Shown one piece after another: positions 38,121 through 50,275 of a DNA stretch of 64,000 nucleotides (within the stretch, counting starts at the first letter, position 1; every line of letters starts with the position of its first letter). The translations under genes were made by a program, and so were the position numbers. The stretch is from Okamejei kenojei (Eukaryota), in NCBI GenBank assembly GCA_035221665.1, contig CM069133.1, forward strand, positions 99,386,001 to 99,450,000. The letters run 5' to 3'. The notes under the pieces were generated by a model. It searched no databases and had not been told where the DNA came from. It saw nothing but the letters and a program-made list of their open reading frames with translations.

Positions 38121-40018
38121 GGAAGTTGGGGGTAGATTACAATTGTTTTATGATGAATGGTGTTGTATAACATCTGATCGGTTTAACATCTGATCGGTTT
38201 ATACTAGATACTGTGTCAGGTTCTACAATAGAATTTATGGCAGGAGTTGATCCACCTGTACAGAATAAGCCTAATAGAGTTTTGGTGTTTCCTGCACCAG
38301 AAACTTGTCAGATAAAAGAAGAAATTGAACATTTATTCCAGAAAAGGGTAATTGAAAGAACGGTGAATCATCCGCAACAATTTGTGTCCAATATATTCCC
38401 CAGACCAAAGAAAGATGGGGGTTGTAGAGTCATTCTGGACCTCACAAATTTGAATTCGTTTGTCCAGTATAGGCATTTTAAAATGGACACCTTCAACATT
38501 GCAAAGCAGATATTGTCACAAGGCTGTTATATGGCTATTATAGATCTGAAAGATGCTTATTATTCAGTGCCAATTCATCATCATTATCGCAGGTACTTGA
38601 AGTTTAATTGGATGGGTCAGCTGTGGCAATTTAAAGCATTACCTAATGGGTTAACTTCAGCTCTAAAACTATTGAAACCAGCACTGGCGTTATTGAGGGC
38701 TCAAAATTACATTGTAATGGCTTACCTAGATGATATTTTAATTGTAAGTGCCACTCAGGAGACAGCTGAAGAATCGGTTTCAGCAACCACAAGCCTGTTT
38801 GAAAGGCTAAGGTTTCTGATCGATCCAACAAAATCTAAGTTACAGCCATCCCAAACAATTGATTATTTGAGGTTTGTCATTAATTCTGTTGATATGTCAG
38901 TAACTTTGCCAATAGATAAGGTTGGGGATGTTACAAATGCCTGTACTTGCCTCGCTGAGAAACCTTATCCCTCCATCCGAGAAGTAGCTAGGGTTATTGG
39001 TAAAATGGTAGCAGCGTTTCCTGCTGTGGAGTTTGGACCTCTGCACTATCAAAGTCTGCAAAGAGCCAGAGAACAAGCACTAAAAAAGCGTGCAGATCAT
39101 TTTGATAGGTCCATGCAGTTACCAACTAAAGCTTTAGGTGAATTGCAATGGTGGTTTCTCAATGTTGCACAAGCTACTAAAAATATTTTGGTTCAGCAAC
39201 CTTCAGTGGTATTACAGACTGATGTGAGTGCTCCCAGATGGGGAGCTACGGACAGCGACACCAAATGTGGTGGTAGATGGACTGTCCAATAGTATTTAAT
39301 TCTCCAAACACATGGTATCAATTATTTGGAGTTATTGGGGGCGTTTTATGGATTGAAAACTTATTGTTCTACAATGAATGACTTACATGTTCAATTACAG
39401 GTAGACAATACCACAGCTGTGGCATATATCAATCACATGGGGAGAGTAAGATCAGTGTCATGTGATAATCTGGTCAACTTCATGTGGCACTGGTGTATCT
39501 CCAGGAATATCTGGTTTTCAGCTATCTATCTAGCAGGGAGAGACAATGTGGTGGCAGACAACAGATCACAAAAGTTCAATGACAATACAGAATGGATGTT
39601 AAATCCAGAAGTTTTCAAAAATCGTTTTTCAAAAATTGTCAGTCGGTATGGGTTACCAGATATTGATCTGTTTGCATGCAGATTAAATCACCAGTTGCCT
39701 AAATACGTCTCATTGGAGCCAGATCCAGGAGCAGTAGCGGTGGATGCATTCTCGCTACATTTGGGAAGTATATTCTTCTATGCTTTTCCCCCATTCTGCC
39801 TGATTAGGCAATGTCTCACCAAAATAGAGCAAGACTCCTCCGCAGGCGTTTTGGTGGTTCCAAACTGGCCTACACAGCCATGGTTCCCATTGGTGCTCAG
39901 AATGATGACTCAGCCATTCATGATGATCCCCAGCTGCAGTAATTTGTTGGTACACCCAGTAACAGGAGAAAGTAATCCATTACATGATCGTATTAATTTG
40001 TTAATCTGCAGGTTCTGA
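38120..40018 (+). pseudogene. DIRS RT, RNase H and DNA N6-adenine methyltransferase-like ORF, disrupted
   Basis: VGGRL, RVILDLTNLN, IDLKDAY, LPNGL and YLDD (RT); QTDVS..WG, LELL and VDNTTAVAYINHMG (RNase H); IDLFA, YAFPPF and PNWPTQPWF (MT-like). Stop at 39290-39292; a 16-bp duplication at 38169-38200 shifts the frame. Confidence 0.93.
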
Positions 40019-40019
40019 C

Positions 40020-41799
40020 CAGACCATTACAAGGGCTTGGACTGTTGGATAGGACCATGGATGTCATAACTGCAGCTTGGAGGGTAGCACTAAGAAACAA
40101 TATATGTCTCATATAAAGAAATGGGAAATCTTTTGTATACAGTCAGATATATCTTATCATACTGCAAACATATCGGATGCAGTATAATGTGGATAAATGT
40201 GAGGTTATCCACTTTGGTGGCAAAAACAGGAAGGTAGACTATTATGTGAATGGTGACCGATTAGGAAAAGGGGAGATACAGCGAGACCTGGGTATCATGG
40301 TACACCAGTCATTGAAAGTAGGCATGCAGGTGCAGCAGGCTGTGAAGAAAGTGAATGGTATGTTGGCATTCATAGCGAAAGGATTTGAGTACAAGAGCAG
40401 GGAGGTTCTACTGCAGTTGTACAGGGTCTTGATGAGGCCACACCTGGAGTATTGCGTACAGTTTTGGTCTCCTAATCTGAGGAAAGACATTCTTGCCATA
40501 GAGGGAGTACAGAGAAGGTTCACCAGACTGATTCCTGGGATGGCACGACTTCCATATGAAGAAAGACTGGATAGACTCGGCTTGTATTCGCTGGAATTTA
40601 GAAGATTGAGGGGTGATCTCATAGAGACTTACAAAATTCTTAAGGGGTTGGACATGCTAGATGCAGGAAGATTGTTCCCAATGTTGGGGAAGTCACAGTT
40701 TAAGGATAAGGGGGAAGTCTTTTAGGACTGAGATGAGAAAATCATTTTTCACACTGAGAGTGGTGAATCTGTGGAATTCTCTGCCACAGAAGGTAGTTGA
40801 GGCCAGTTCGTTGGCCATATTTAAGAGGGAGTTGGATGTGGCCCTTGTGGCTGAAGGGATCAGGGGGTATGGAGAGAAGATAGGTACAGGATACTGAGTT
40901 GGATGATCAGCTATGATCATATTGAATGGCGGTGCAGGCTCGAAGGGCCGAATGGCCTGCTCCTGCACCTAATTTCTATATTTCTATGTTTTTATGTATT
41001 GTTCCTTGCTATGTTGCATTTTGATCAGCACTTGAGTTATAGTGCCATTAGTAGTGCTCGGAGTGCTTTGTCCTCCTATTTAGGACAATTTTCAAAACGA
41101 CAATCTATCGGGTCTCATCCATTAATATCCCAATTTATGAGAGGAATTTTTAATAAAAATCCTCCTAAACCCAGATATACAGAGATCTGGGATGTAAGTA
41201 TAGTTCTCACATTGCTTCGGCAGTGGGCTCCAATTATGTCACTGTCTTTTCAAAAGTTAACGTTTAAAGTGGTTATGCTCATGGCATTAGGATAAGCACA
41301 ACAAGTACAAACATTGCAAATGTTGCGGTTAGGTTGTATGCATTTGTCTGTAGATAAAATTACTTTTTATGTTTATGATCTAATCAAGAAAAGAAGGCCA
41401 GGAAAGGCTGGAACCAAGGTAACATTTAAAGCATACCCAGTGGACCAAACATTGTGTGTGGTTAAGCATCTGAGTCGATATATTGAAGTAACTAAAAGTC
41501 TCCGAGGTTGTGAGACAGCAATGCTCATTACCCACAAAAAAACATATAAAAAGATGACAGTACAAACTATTTCTAGATGGTTAAAATAGGTTCTGGATTT
41601 AGCTGGAGTGGACACTCATGTGTTTAAATCTCACTCCACCAGCGCGGCATGAACATCCGCGGCGAAGGCGCAGGACGTGCCGCTCGACCAAATTCTAGAG
41701 GCTGCAGGATGGTCTAAAGAAGAAACTTTTTCTATAGTTTATGATAAACCTGTTGTCACAGTGCCAGGGTTTGGACATGCTGTGTTGGGTTCGGTTTAA
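40020..41799 (+). pseudogene. DIRS tyrosine recombinase, disrupted by a CR1 insertion, stops and substitutions
   Basis: TKKQY..KKW, SARSALS, HPLISQFMRG, PKPRY..IWDV, QTISRWLK, HSTS (normally HSTR) and AAGW....F...Y.KP. Confidence 0.9.
40177..40996 (+). mobile_element. Young 5'-truncated CR1 LINE inserted in the DIRS YR gene
   Basis: Open 182-aa CR1 C-terminus (RPHLEYCVQFWSP, RRLRGDLIETYKI) and a (TTTCTATG)-type tail. Removing the insert restores the YR reading TANISDVLFLA. Confidence 0.95.
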
Positions 41800-42026
41800 T
41801 TTGTTTGCTATGTTTCATATAATTTGTTTCATATCCTTTGTTGTAATTTCCCCCTGGGATAGAGGGGTTATTACTTTCCTTTGTTATTATTATTATTATT
41901 ATTATTAAAATAGTTATTGCATAACTTGAAGCAATGTTCAATATATTATTTATTCACTACTGTGTTAACTGAAGCAGTGTGTCGTATGGAGTGAATCTAC
42001 GGCATGAAAATCACAGAGCTTTGAAA

Positions 42027-42139
42027 TCTTCACGTAGTCACTCACGTGACTCCGAACTAAAATAGTAAGATTAAACGAGAACTTACCTGTTCGAAGTTTG
42101 ATCCTTATTTTATGAGGAGTTACGATGAGGGATTACGTG
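42027..42139 (+). other. DIRS internal complementary region (ICR)
   Basis: 42027-42063 is complementary to the left end; 42061-42072 and 42105-42139 are complementary to the right end. Confidence 0.92.
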
Positions 42140-42499
42140 CCCTCCGCTCCCGGCCCTCATAAACCAAAGGATCATCTGGTAGTTCCAGTCTTTGTAAGCC
42201 TTACTATCTTACTTTGGCTATCGATTTCTGTGTTTTTCACGCCGCTGCTTTGAAGTATGACGCGGATGCACCTGGCGGGGCTTCTTCACGTAATCCCTCA
42301 TCGTAACTCCTCATAAAATAATCTTACTATTAAAAGTTTCTGACAGGAATAGAAGGATATGGATCATGTACAGGCAGATGAGATAAGATTAACTTGGCAT
42401 CAAGCTCGGAACAAACATTGTGGGCTGAAGGGTCCATTTCTGTGCTATACTGTTCTATGTTCAATGATAATGGCCACCTTTAACTAGAATGTTTTTACT

Positions 42500-43140
42500 A
42501 TATATTGACATTCAATGTAATTACCATTGGTGAATTCCCCATCATTAACAACCATTGGGAAGAAACTCAATGGAACCAGCCATATATCCTGGATACAAGA
42601 GAGAATTCGAGGCTGGGTTTTTTGTAATGCCTCCTATCTCCCCAATTTTTTTTCACCTTCTGCAAGACATGAGCCACATACTTGATGCAAGATTCTCTGC
42701 TGGCCTGAATAGGATCAGCTCGAACTAAAAAGTCAGAAGTTCAACACCAGCCTAGAGCCCATCCACCAACTCACACATTCATTCTTTCCATCACGAGCAC
42801 ACAGTGACTTCCATGAGTCTCATCTGAGAATTGCACTGCAATTACTTAGATTGGCTATTCTGAGAGTACTTCCTAAACTACAGGCTCTATCACAAGGAGA
42901 GCAAGGGCTTCAGGTACATATGAACACTACTACTTGTAGACTTCCCCCGAGTCATGCGCCATCCTGAATTTAAAATATATTGTTGCTTATTCAATGCTCA
43001 TTAAATCCCAGAATTTCCTACCTACTGGCACCATTGGTGTACTTTCAACTGTTGGACTGCTGTGATTTAGGTAGGCAGTTCACCATCATCTTTTGAAGGG
43101 CAACTTGGGATGGGGAATAATGGCCCTTATGCTGACATCC
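42500..43140 (+). mobile_element. Very old CR1/L2-clade LINE 3' end
   Basis: GGCAGTTCACCATCATCTTTTGAAGGGCAACTTGGGATGGGGAATAA-type 3' end; a related piece lies at ~15040-15170. Confidence 0.5.
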
Positions 43141-43739
43141 TGAAAAATAAAAGAACAAAAAGAAAAGTGTAGGAATGTACTGTTGTTACATTATGTTATT
43201 GTTAAGATTTATGAGTGGAATACCTGTTCAGGAACACCCTGTGTATTTATTCTTTAAGACTGTGTATTGTTTTGGGCATGCTGAGTATATTGGGTGTGGT
43301 GATAAAGTAGCCAATGTTTACAATGTGCTCAGCAGCAAGTCTGTGTAATTAATCACAGATACAAGGACCAAGCCACCATGTTTCACAATGAGTTTAGTGG
43401 GTGGCGGGTGGTTCTGGAAGGGCAACCAGAACGGAGAACCCTTAGGTTTCTTGATTGGGCCCACAGGTCACTTTCTGCCTTACAGAAGCACTGAAAACAA
43501 TAGTTAAAGCTGGCCTTAATTACCTCTTCGCACTCTTGAAGGTGCACTTGGCAATAGCCTGGTGAGAATCCAGCCCCGTTCTGCCATATACTGAAATAAA
43601 AATACAAAATACAAGAAATTCTCAGAACGTCGGGTGGCATCTGCGGCGAAAAATGAAGTCAATGTTTCAGATTGCTATCCTTTTATCAGTTTGTAAGTAC
43701 AACAATTCTTCAATTGGCAAAAGGGATGCAAGAGGTTTT

Positions 43740-45630
43740 GTTAAGCAAAATATTGTAAATGGAAAAAGTTAGTCAATGCATTATGGATATATGGGTACAT
43801 GTATGATCTTTCTTAGCCACAAAATAGAATATAAAATGTAGTTATGCTGGAACGGAATGCAATATCATTGAGGCCGCAGCTCAAGTGCTGATTCAGATTC
43901 AGATAAGCTTATTGCCCTATACACAAGGGTGCAATGTAAATGTCCTTGTTCATATGATGTTAATTTGAGAACTGTTTACAGTTCTAGTCACAAATTACTT
44001 GAAAGACATTTGCACTGGAAAAGGCAAAGGAGAAAAAATGTGTAAGTTTGTGTATTTTAGTTTTGGAGAAGAGGAGGATGAGGCAAGACCTAATCAAGAT
44101 GTATAAGAAATCATGAGGGAAGTAAATAGAAAGAGTTCACTTGCCTTAACAGAGATCAATACCTAAGGAGCACAGATATAAAATGTTAGGTTGGAGAAAT
44201 AGTCAGGAGATGGTTTCACTCAAAGAGTGGTGGGGGTCTGGACCTGACTGCTTAAATGGGTGATAGAGACAGAAACACGTAGCACAATTAAACAATCTTT
44301 GCTGAAGATAAACACAAAGTGCTGGAGTAACTCAGCAGGTCAGGCAGCATCTCAGCAGAAAAAGGATGGGTGACGATTTGGTACGGGACCTTTCCTCTCG
44401 AGATTCTGCTGAGCTACTACAGCATTTTGTGTCTATCTTCGGCATCTGCAGTTCCTTTCTACACAAACAGTTGTTGCTTGCGTGCTTAAAGAACTGGGAT
44501 CTGCAGGACAACACATCAAGAGGGTATTTGCCTGAAGAGCTTTTCCCTATCGATATTATGGACCAAATGGTTTCCTCTGCGCCATAAATTTTCTACAATT
44601 CTCTCATTTAAGCCCTTCAAGAGACACTGACCAGACAGATAAGCCTAGACCTGCTGTATGATGAGTGCACCAACTTTATGCCAGCTGCTCATTTGAATGA
44701 TACACTGGGGACATTTGGAGGTCAAGGAACATCTGTGGAAAGAGAAAGAATCAATATTTTAGGTGGAAAACCCTTCATTTGAACTGTGCTATGAGACATC
44801 TATCAGTAAGAATGCATTCAAAATAAAGGAGAAAGGATAACTCAAGCATTGTCTTGGATTGAAACTTTGCACACGGCTTGAATTCCTTCTCAATGCATGA
44901 ACGGTGATATTTCTATTTGCATCAGCACACTTGTGGAATAAACCATGTTGAGGCATCTGATGACCAAAATCTAAACTTCCTTTGCAACACAAGCAGTAAA
45001 TTCCCAGTGACTGAGAAATGCGGTGAAAGCTCAGGTTATGAAAGCTAAGGTAGACTTTGAGAGTGAATTAGCAAGAAATGTAAAAATAGGTTCTATAGCT
45101 GCTACCTTAGGACATAAAATGGGTAGCAAATGCATCATCCTCCAACGGCGCAGGACATTTGGTGAGACCACACCCAAAATGCTTTGAGCAGTTCATTTCT
45201 CTACTAAATATAGTCTTTGGAAGTGTAGATATACCAGACTCATTTCTGTGATGGGGCTTGAAAAGGATGCGATTGGAATTTAAAAGAATGAGTGGTGATT
45301 TCATTAAAACTTTGCAGATTCACAGTGAAATTGATACAATTGACTGTATTTCCTCGAGCTGGTGTTTCCAAACCAAAGGTTTCAGAATACGAGACCAGTC
45401 AGTTAACACAGAGTTGAGCAGAAATGCATTTACGCAAAAAATTATGCATCATTGGAATTTTCAACCACATAGGGATGTGATTGCCCAGTCTTGGGGCATA
45501 TTCAGAGCTGAGATTGACATATTTAGGATGCTAAGGATATACAGTATATAGAATGGCGTGGGGGGAATATGGAGGGTTAGCCACAATTTTATTAAACTTA
45601 AGGAATCATTTGGTCTGCTCCTGTTTTTAT
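43740..45630 (+). mobile_element. Cluster of old CR1 fragments (~43740-44290 and ~45040-45630) with a Penelope-derived insert
   Basis: Degenerate LEFKRMSGDFIKT and RNAFTQK motifs and CR1 3' UTR similarity. Confidence 0.6.
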
Positions 45631-45913
45631 GTATAGATGATGAAATTCATCATCATCTTCAGTATCAAACACAGACTTTGATCAAGATCTCACACTCACA
45701 CTCACACTCAAACCCATGGTCAACTATAGTCTCATGAAACTAGGACAATATATAACCCAGTCTCAAAACACCAAAGTATCTATAAACTGTCTCTCCAGTC
45801 CTCCATATCGATGCATAGCATAGGTGAGAAAATGTCATTGTTTCTCCCAGGCAAACATCTTCGACAACAGGGCGTTAGTTACACTGAGTTGCCTCCAAAA
45901 GGCAGGCCACATT

Positions 45914-47800
45914 GTCAAAGTCAAAGTCAAAAGAGTTTATTGTCATGTGTCCCTGACAGGACAATGAAATTCTTTCTTTGCTTCAGCACAACAGAACATA
46001 GTAGGCATTGACTACAAAACAGTGTGTCCATATACCATTATATACGTAAATACACACATGAATAAATAAACTGATGAAGTGCAAATAACAGATAAAGGGG
46101 TATTAATGTTCAGAGTTTTGTCCAAGCCAAGTTTAATAGTCTGATGGCTGTAGGGAAGTAGCTATTCCTGAACCTGGTCGTTGCAGTCCTCAGGCTCCTG
46201 TACCTTCTACCTGAAGGTAGCAGGGAGATGAGTGTGTGGCCAGAATGATGTGGGTCCTTGATGATGCTGCCAGCCTTTTTGAGGCAGTGACTGTGATAGA
46301 TCCCCTCGATGCAAGGAAGGTCAGAGCCGATGATGGACTGGGCAGTGCTTACTACTTTTTGTAGTCTTTTCCTCTCCATGGCGTTCAAGTTGCAGAACCA
46401 AGCCACGAAGCAACTCTCTACTGTGCACCTGTAGAAGTTAGAGAGAGTCCTCCTTGACAGACCGACTCTCCGTAATCTTCTTAGGAATGCTGATGAGCTT
46501 TCTTAATAATTGCATCTGTGTTCTCGGACCAGGAATGATCTTCAGAGATGTGCACGCCCAGGAATTTGAAGCTCTTGACCCTTTCAACCAGCGACCTATT
46601 GATATAAACAGGACTGTGAGTCCCTATCCTACTCCTTCCAAAGTCCACAATCATTTCCTTGGTCTTGCTGGTGTTGAGGGCCAGGTCATTGTGCTGGCAC
46701 CATATGGATAGTCGCTCGATCCTTCTTCTATACTCTGACTCATCCCCATCAGTGATACGTCCCACAACTTGATGATGGAGTTCGCACTATGACTGGCTAT
46801 GCAGTCATGAGTATAGAGTAAGTACAGCAGGGGGCTGAGCATGCAGCCTTGAGGTGCTCCCGTGCTGATGGTTATCGAGTCTGACACATTACCACCAATA
46901 CGAACTGTGAATGAGGAAGTCGAGGATCTAATTGCAGAGGGATGCGCAGAGACCCAGTTCTGCGAGTTTGGTAACCAGCTTGGAGGGGATGATTGTGTTA
47001 AATGCCGAGCTGTAATCGATGAATAACAGCCTGACACATGAGTATTTGTTGTCTAAGTGATTCAGAGCAGAGTGGAGGGCCAGCGAGATCGCATCCACAG
47101 TTGATCTGTTGTGGCGGTAAGCGAACTGCAGTGGGTCCAGGTTTTTGTCGAGGTAGGAGTTGATTTGCGCCATGATCAACCTCTCAAAGCACTTCATCAC
47201 CACAGGCGTTAGTGCCACGGGTCGATAGTCATTGAGGCACGTCACCTTGCTCTTCTTGGGCACTGGTATTATTGATGTCCTTTTGAAGCAGGTGGGAACC
47301 TCAGACCTCAGAAGTGACAGGTTGAAAATGTCCGTAAAAACTCTAGCCAGTTGTTCAACACAGATTTTTAGGACACGACCAGGTATACCATCAGGTCCAG
47401 GCGCTTTTCGAGGGTTCACCCCTCTGAAGGATTTCCTGACGTCGGCCTCTGTGACTGAGTCTGAAATACCATCACAGCGAATGTGGACTCGGGAAGGCAC
47501 ATCGGTGTTCTCCCTATCAAAGCGTGCGTAAAACGCATTGAGCTTGTCAGGGAGCGATGTATCGCCGACATTCGAGCTGCCTCCTGGTTTCGCCTTGTAG
47601 GAGGTGATTGGATTCAGGCCCCGCCACAGCTGCCGAACATCTGTCTCATCCTCCAGCTTGGAGCATAAGTCCCTTTTGGCCTTTTTGATGGCCTTACCAA
47701 GGTCGTATCTGGACTTCTTATAGACCACTGTATCATCAGACATGAATGCCCGGTGCTCACATGACTCCCAAAACAGGCATTTGATTCTGATCCTCAATAC
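45914..47800 (-). mobile_element. Rex1/Babar LINE, 5'-truncated, RT region disrupted
   Basis: KAPGPDGIPGR, NDYRPVALT, LDPLQFAYR, FIDYSSAFNTI, GAPQGCMLSPLL, FKFLGVHI and TTRFRNSYFP; (TTTGAC)n tail. Confidence 0.95.
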
Positions 47801-48239
47801 TGCCAGAGATTACCAGCCGGACAGAGGAAATGATTCAATGATGTTCTGAAAGCCACTTTGTAAATGTGTGACTTGCATACCAAATTGTAATAATTCCTGC
47901 CTTTTGTACAAAAGGTGGAGCATTTGGGATGGCACTGGGATCTTTAAAGTCCCTTTGACAGCATGTACTCAGCAATGGATTAGCAAGTGTAATGAAATGC
48001 CAATGTAGGCAAGGAACAATATGTGCCCGCTGTGTTCCCCAATGGCAGCCAGGAAACATTTGTAGTGCACTGATCACTGGTCGGTGTGGACTTGGTGGGC
48101 TCAAAGGGCCTGTTTCCACGCTGTATCTCTAAACTAAACTAAATAAACTAGATAAAAGGTATATTGATGAGCACCTGAAGGGCTTAGCTTGCTGGGTCAG
48201 GGATCGGGAGCTGAGAAGACTAACCTGAGAAGATTAACC

Positions 48240-48520
48240 TAAAATTAAGGACAGAGGTTTCGGGGTAACGTGAGGGGGAACTTCTTTACTCAGAGGGTGG
48301 TGGCTGTGTGGAATCAGCTTCCAGCAGAGGTGGTGAGGCAGGATCGATTTTAACATTTAAGAGTAAAGTGGATAGGTATATGGACGTGAAGGGAATGGAG
48401 GGTATGGTCTGAGTGCAGGTAGATGGACTAGGGGAAAACAAATGGTCGGCACGGACTGGAAGGGCCGAGAGGGCCTGTTTCCGTGCTGTAATTGTTTATA
48501 TAATTATATGGTTATATGAA
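48240..48520 (+). mobile_element. CR1 3' end
   Basis: GGGAACTTCTTTACTCAGAGGGTGG...TGGAAT motif and a short repeat tail. Confidence 0.7.
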
Positions 48521-48529
48521 CAGGACGAA

Positions 48530-49937
48530 TTCTCCGTCCTGAAAGTCTCATTTGTTCCCATCGACCGCTTGTGCCACCTCGCCGACACACCGCTGCAGAT
48601 AAAACCTCCCAACTGCTAACTTCCATCATCAAAGGTGGGTGGCCAAACAAACAGTCGAACACTCCTGCTGAATTACGACCCGACTTCCTGGTGCGTGACG
48701 AACTGGTACTACAGGATGGAGTGATTGTCAAAGGTCATAAGACGGTAATTCCCTCATCCCTGCGAAACGAGTATTATGAGGAAATCCCCGGGGGTCACCT
48801 GGGCATGGAGGCTACCTTACAGCGTGCAAAAGAAATGATCTACTGGCCCGGAATGACCAAGTACATTCGGGAGAAGACAGAATCATGCAGGATCTGTAAC
48901 AGACAGGCACCGCACCAGCAAAACAACCCCCTGCTGTCTCAACCAGCTCCCTCTCTGCCAGGTTCATTGGTGGCTGCCGATATCTTTGACTGGCACGGGA
49001 AGCACTATCTCGTGCTAGTAGACTCGTACTCGAACTGGTTTGAAATTGATTTTCTGCCAACCATCTTCTCAGAAATTGTTGTCCAAAAGCTCAGGATCCA
49101 TTTCTCTGCACATGGAATTCCAGCTTGTCTCCAGACTGACAACGGGACCCAATTCACCAGCCAAGCATGCTGTACAGAGCGCCAAGCAACTCATAGCACG
49201 CTCCTACCTAGCTAAATCAGGATGTCTACCTGGACCTGTTGAACCTGCAAAATATTGCAAGAAATAACATTCTCGGTTCTCCAGCCCAGTGTCTGATGTC
49301 CCGCCGAATGCGACCTCCGTTACCCGTCACCCAGGATCATCTAAAACCTAACGTTGTCACCCCTGCTGTAGTACAAATGCGCGTACAGATTAACCGAGAC
49401 GCGCAGAAACTAAATTACGATAAGACCAGCAAACCACTTAAGCCGCTGATTCAAGGCCAAGTTGTCCGACTACAGACAGACAAAGGACGTACAAAACTAG
49501 GGTACATTTATGGCCCTTCGAAGGAACCGCTTTCCTACCTAGTCGATGTCGGTGGCACCATCTATAGACGCAACCGTCGACACCTCCTTCCTGTGAAGGT
49601 ACGCCGTCCGGCACTCCAGGGTCCTGACACCCCGCCGCTCACGTTTAAAGTGATTGCTGTTCCAGCCGTTCCAGCATCTGCCACCGCCAGTCCAGTCCAT
49701 TCCCCGCGCCGGTCTGCCCCCACTTTCCCTTTTGTAACCGATTCTCAGGTTTCCCCGCGACGGTCTTCCATGAGTCCTCCTATGGCGTCTCCCCATAGCC
49801 CGTCGAGCTCACCGAACCGCACCCTCAACTTTTCAAAGGAAAAAGTTAATGAGGCAGCTCCATACCCTAGGAGGACCGGGCGGGTTAGCAAGCCACGTGT
49901 TAGATATGCCGATTATGTTCAACCCCATTATTATTAG
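48530..49937 (+). pseudogene. Gypsy/Ty3 LTR retrotransposon integrase remnant
   Basis: Zn-binding region GHLG...YWPGM...CRIC; ADIF, LVLVDSYS and TDNGTQFTS; then a deletion/frameshift and C-terminal SYLV...YRRNRRHL. Confidence 0.9.
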
Positions 49938-50018
49938 ATGTGGCGATTTGCATTTAACATTTTATTTACTCGTTGTAGTTGTAATACCTTGTCTGCTTTT
50001 CATTTAAACAAGAAGAGA

Positions 50019-50275
50019 TATAGATTGGCCATTGCATGTTACACAATTAGAATGCTTAGTAATTATGACTCCACCTAATTATAACATTCATAGTGTAAGG
50101 ACTCACCCACTGCCTGCCAGTAGCAGTAGCAGTGTGAACGTGTAATGACCTGCTTAAGATTATGACCTGAACAATAAAGATGCTTGTATTTCAACCCGTG
50201 TGAGTTTGAGCCCTTTATAGTTGTTCGTCTTAATTTCTGCATCACTTTACAATGAATAATCATTGCTAGTAACAC
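50019..50275 (+). mobile_element. 3' LTR of the Gypsy element
   Basis: Preceded by the purine tract AAACAAGAAGAGA (50006-50018); internal AATAAA at ~50173; ends near AACACA. The 5' TG is degenerate. Confidence 0.6.

Larger units (their letters stand above)
36633..42331 (+). mobile_element. Full-length, inactivated DIRS1-type tyrosine-recombinase retrotransposon
   Basis: ITR pair at 36660-36695 and 42257-42292; ICR at 42027-42139 complementary to both ends; gag-like, RT, RNase H, methyltransferase-like and YR remnants in DIRS order; ATT at both junctions. Confidence 0.96.

Noticed and set aside
39590-40018. Methyltransferase as a recent bacterial or phage horizontal transfer
   Set aside because: It is a known integral domain of DIRS1 pol ORFs.
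40903-41295. 130-aa ORF as a novel chimeric gene
   Set aside because: It is chance read-through from the CR1 3' UTR into a broken YR remnant.
42065-42115. GT...AG intron within the ICR
   Set aside because: Splicing it out would not recreate the circle-junction complement, and the acceptor context is poor.
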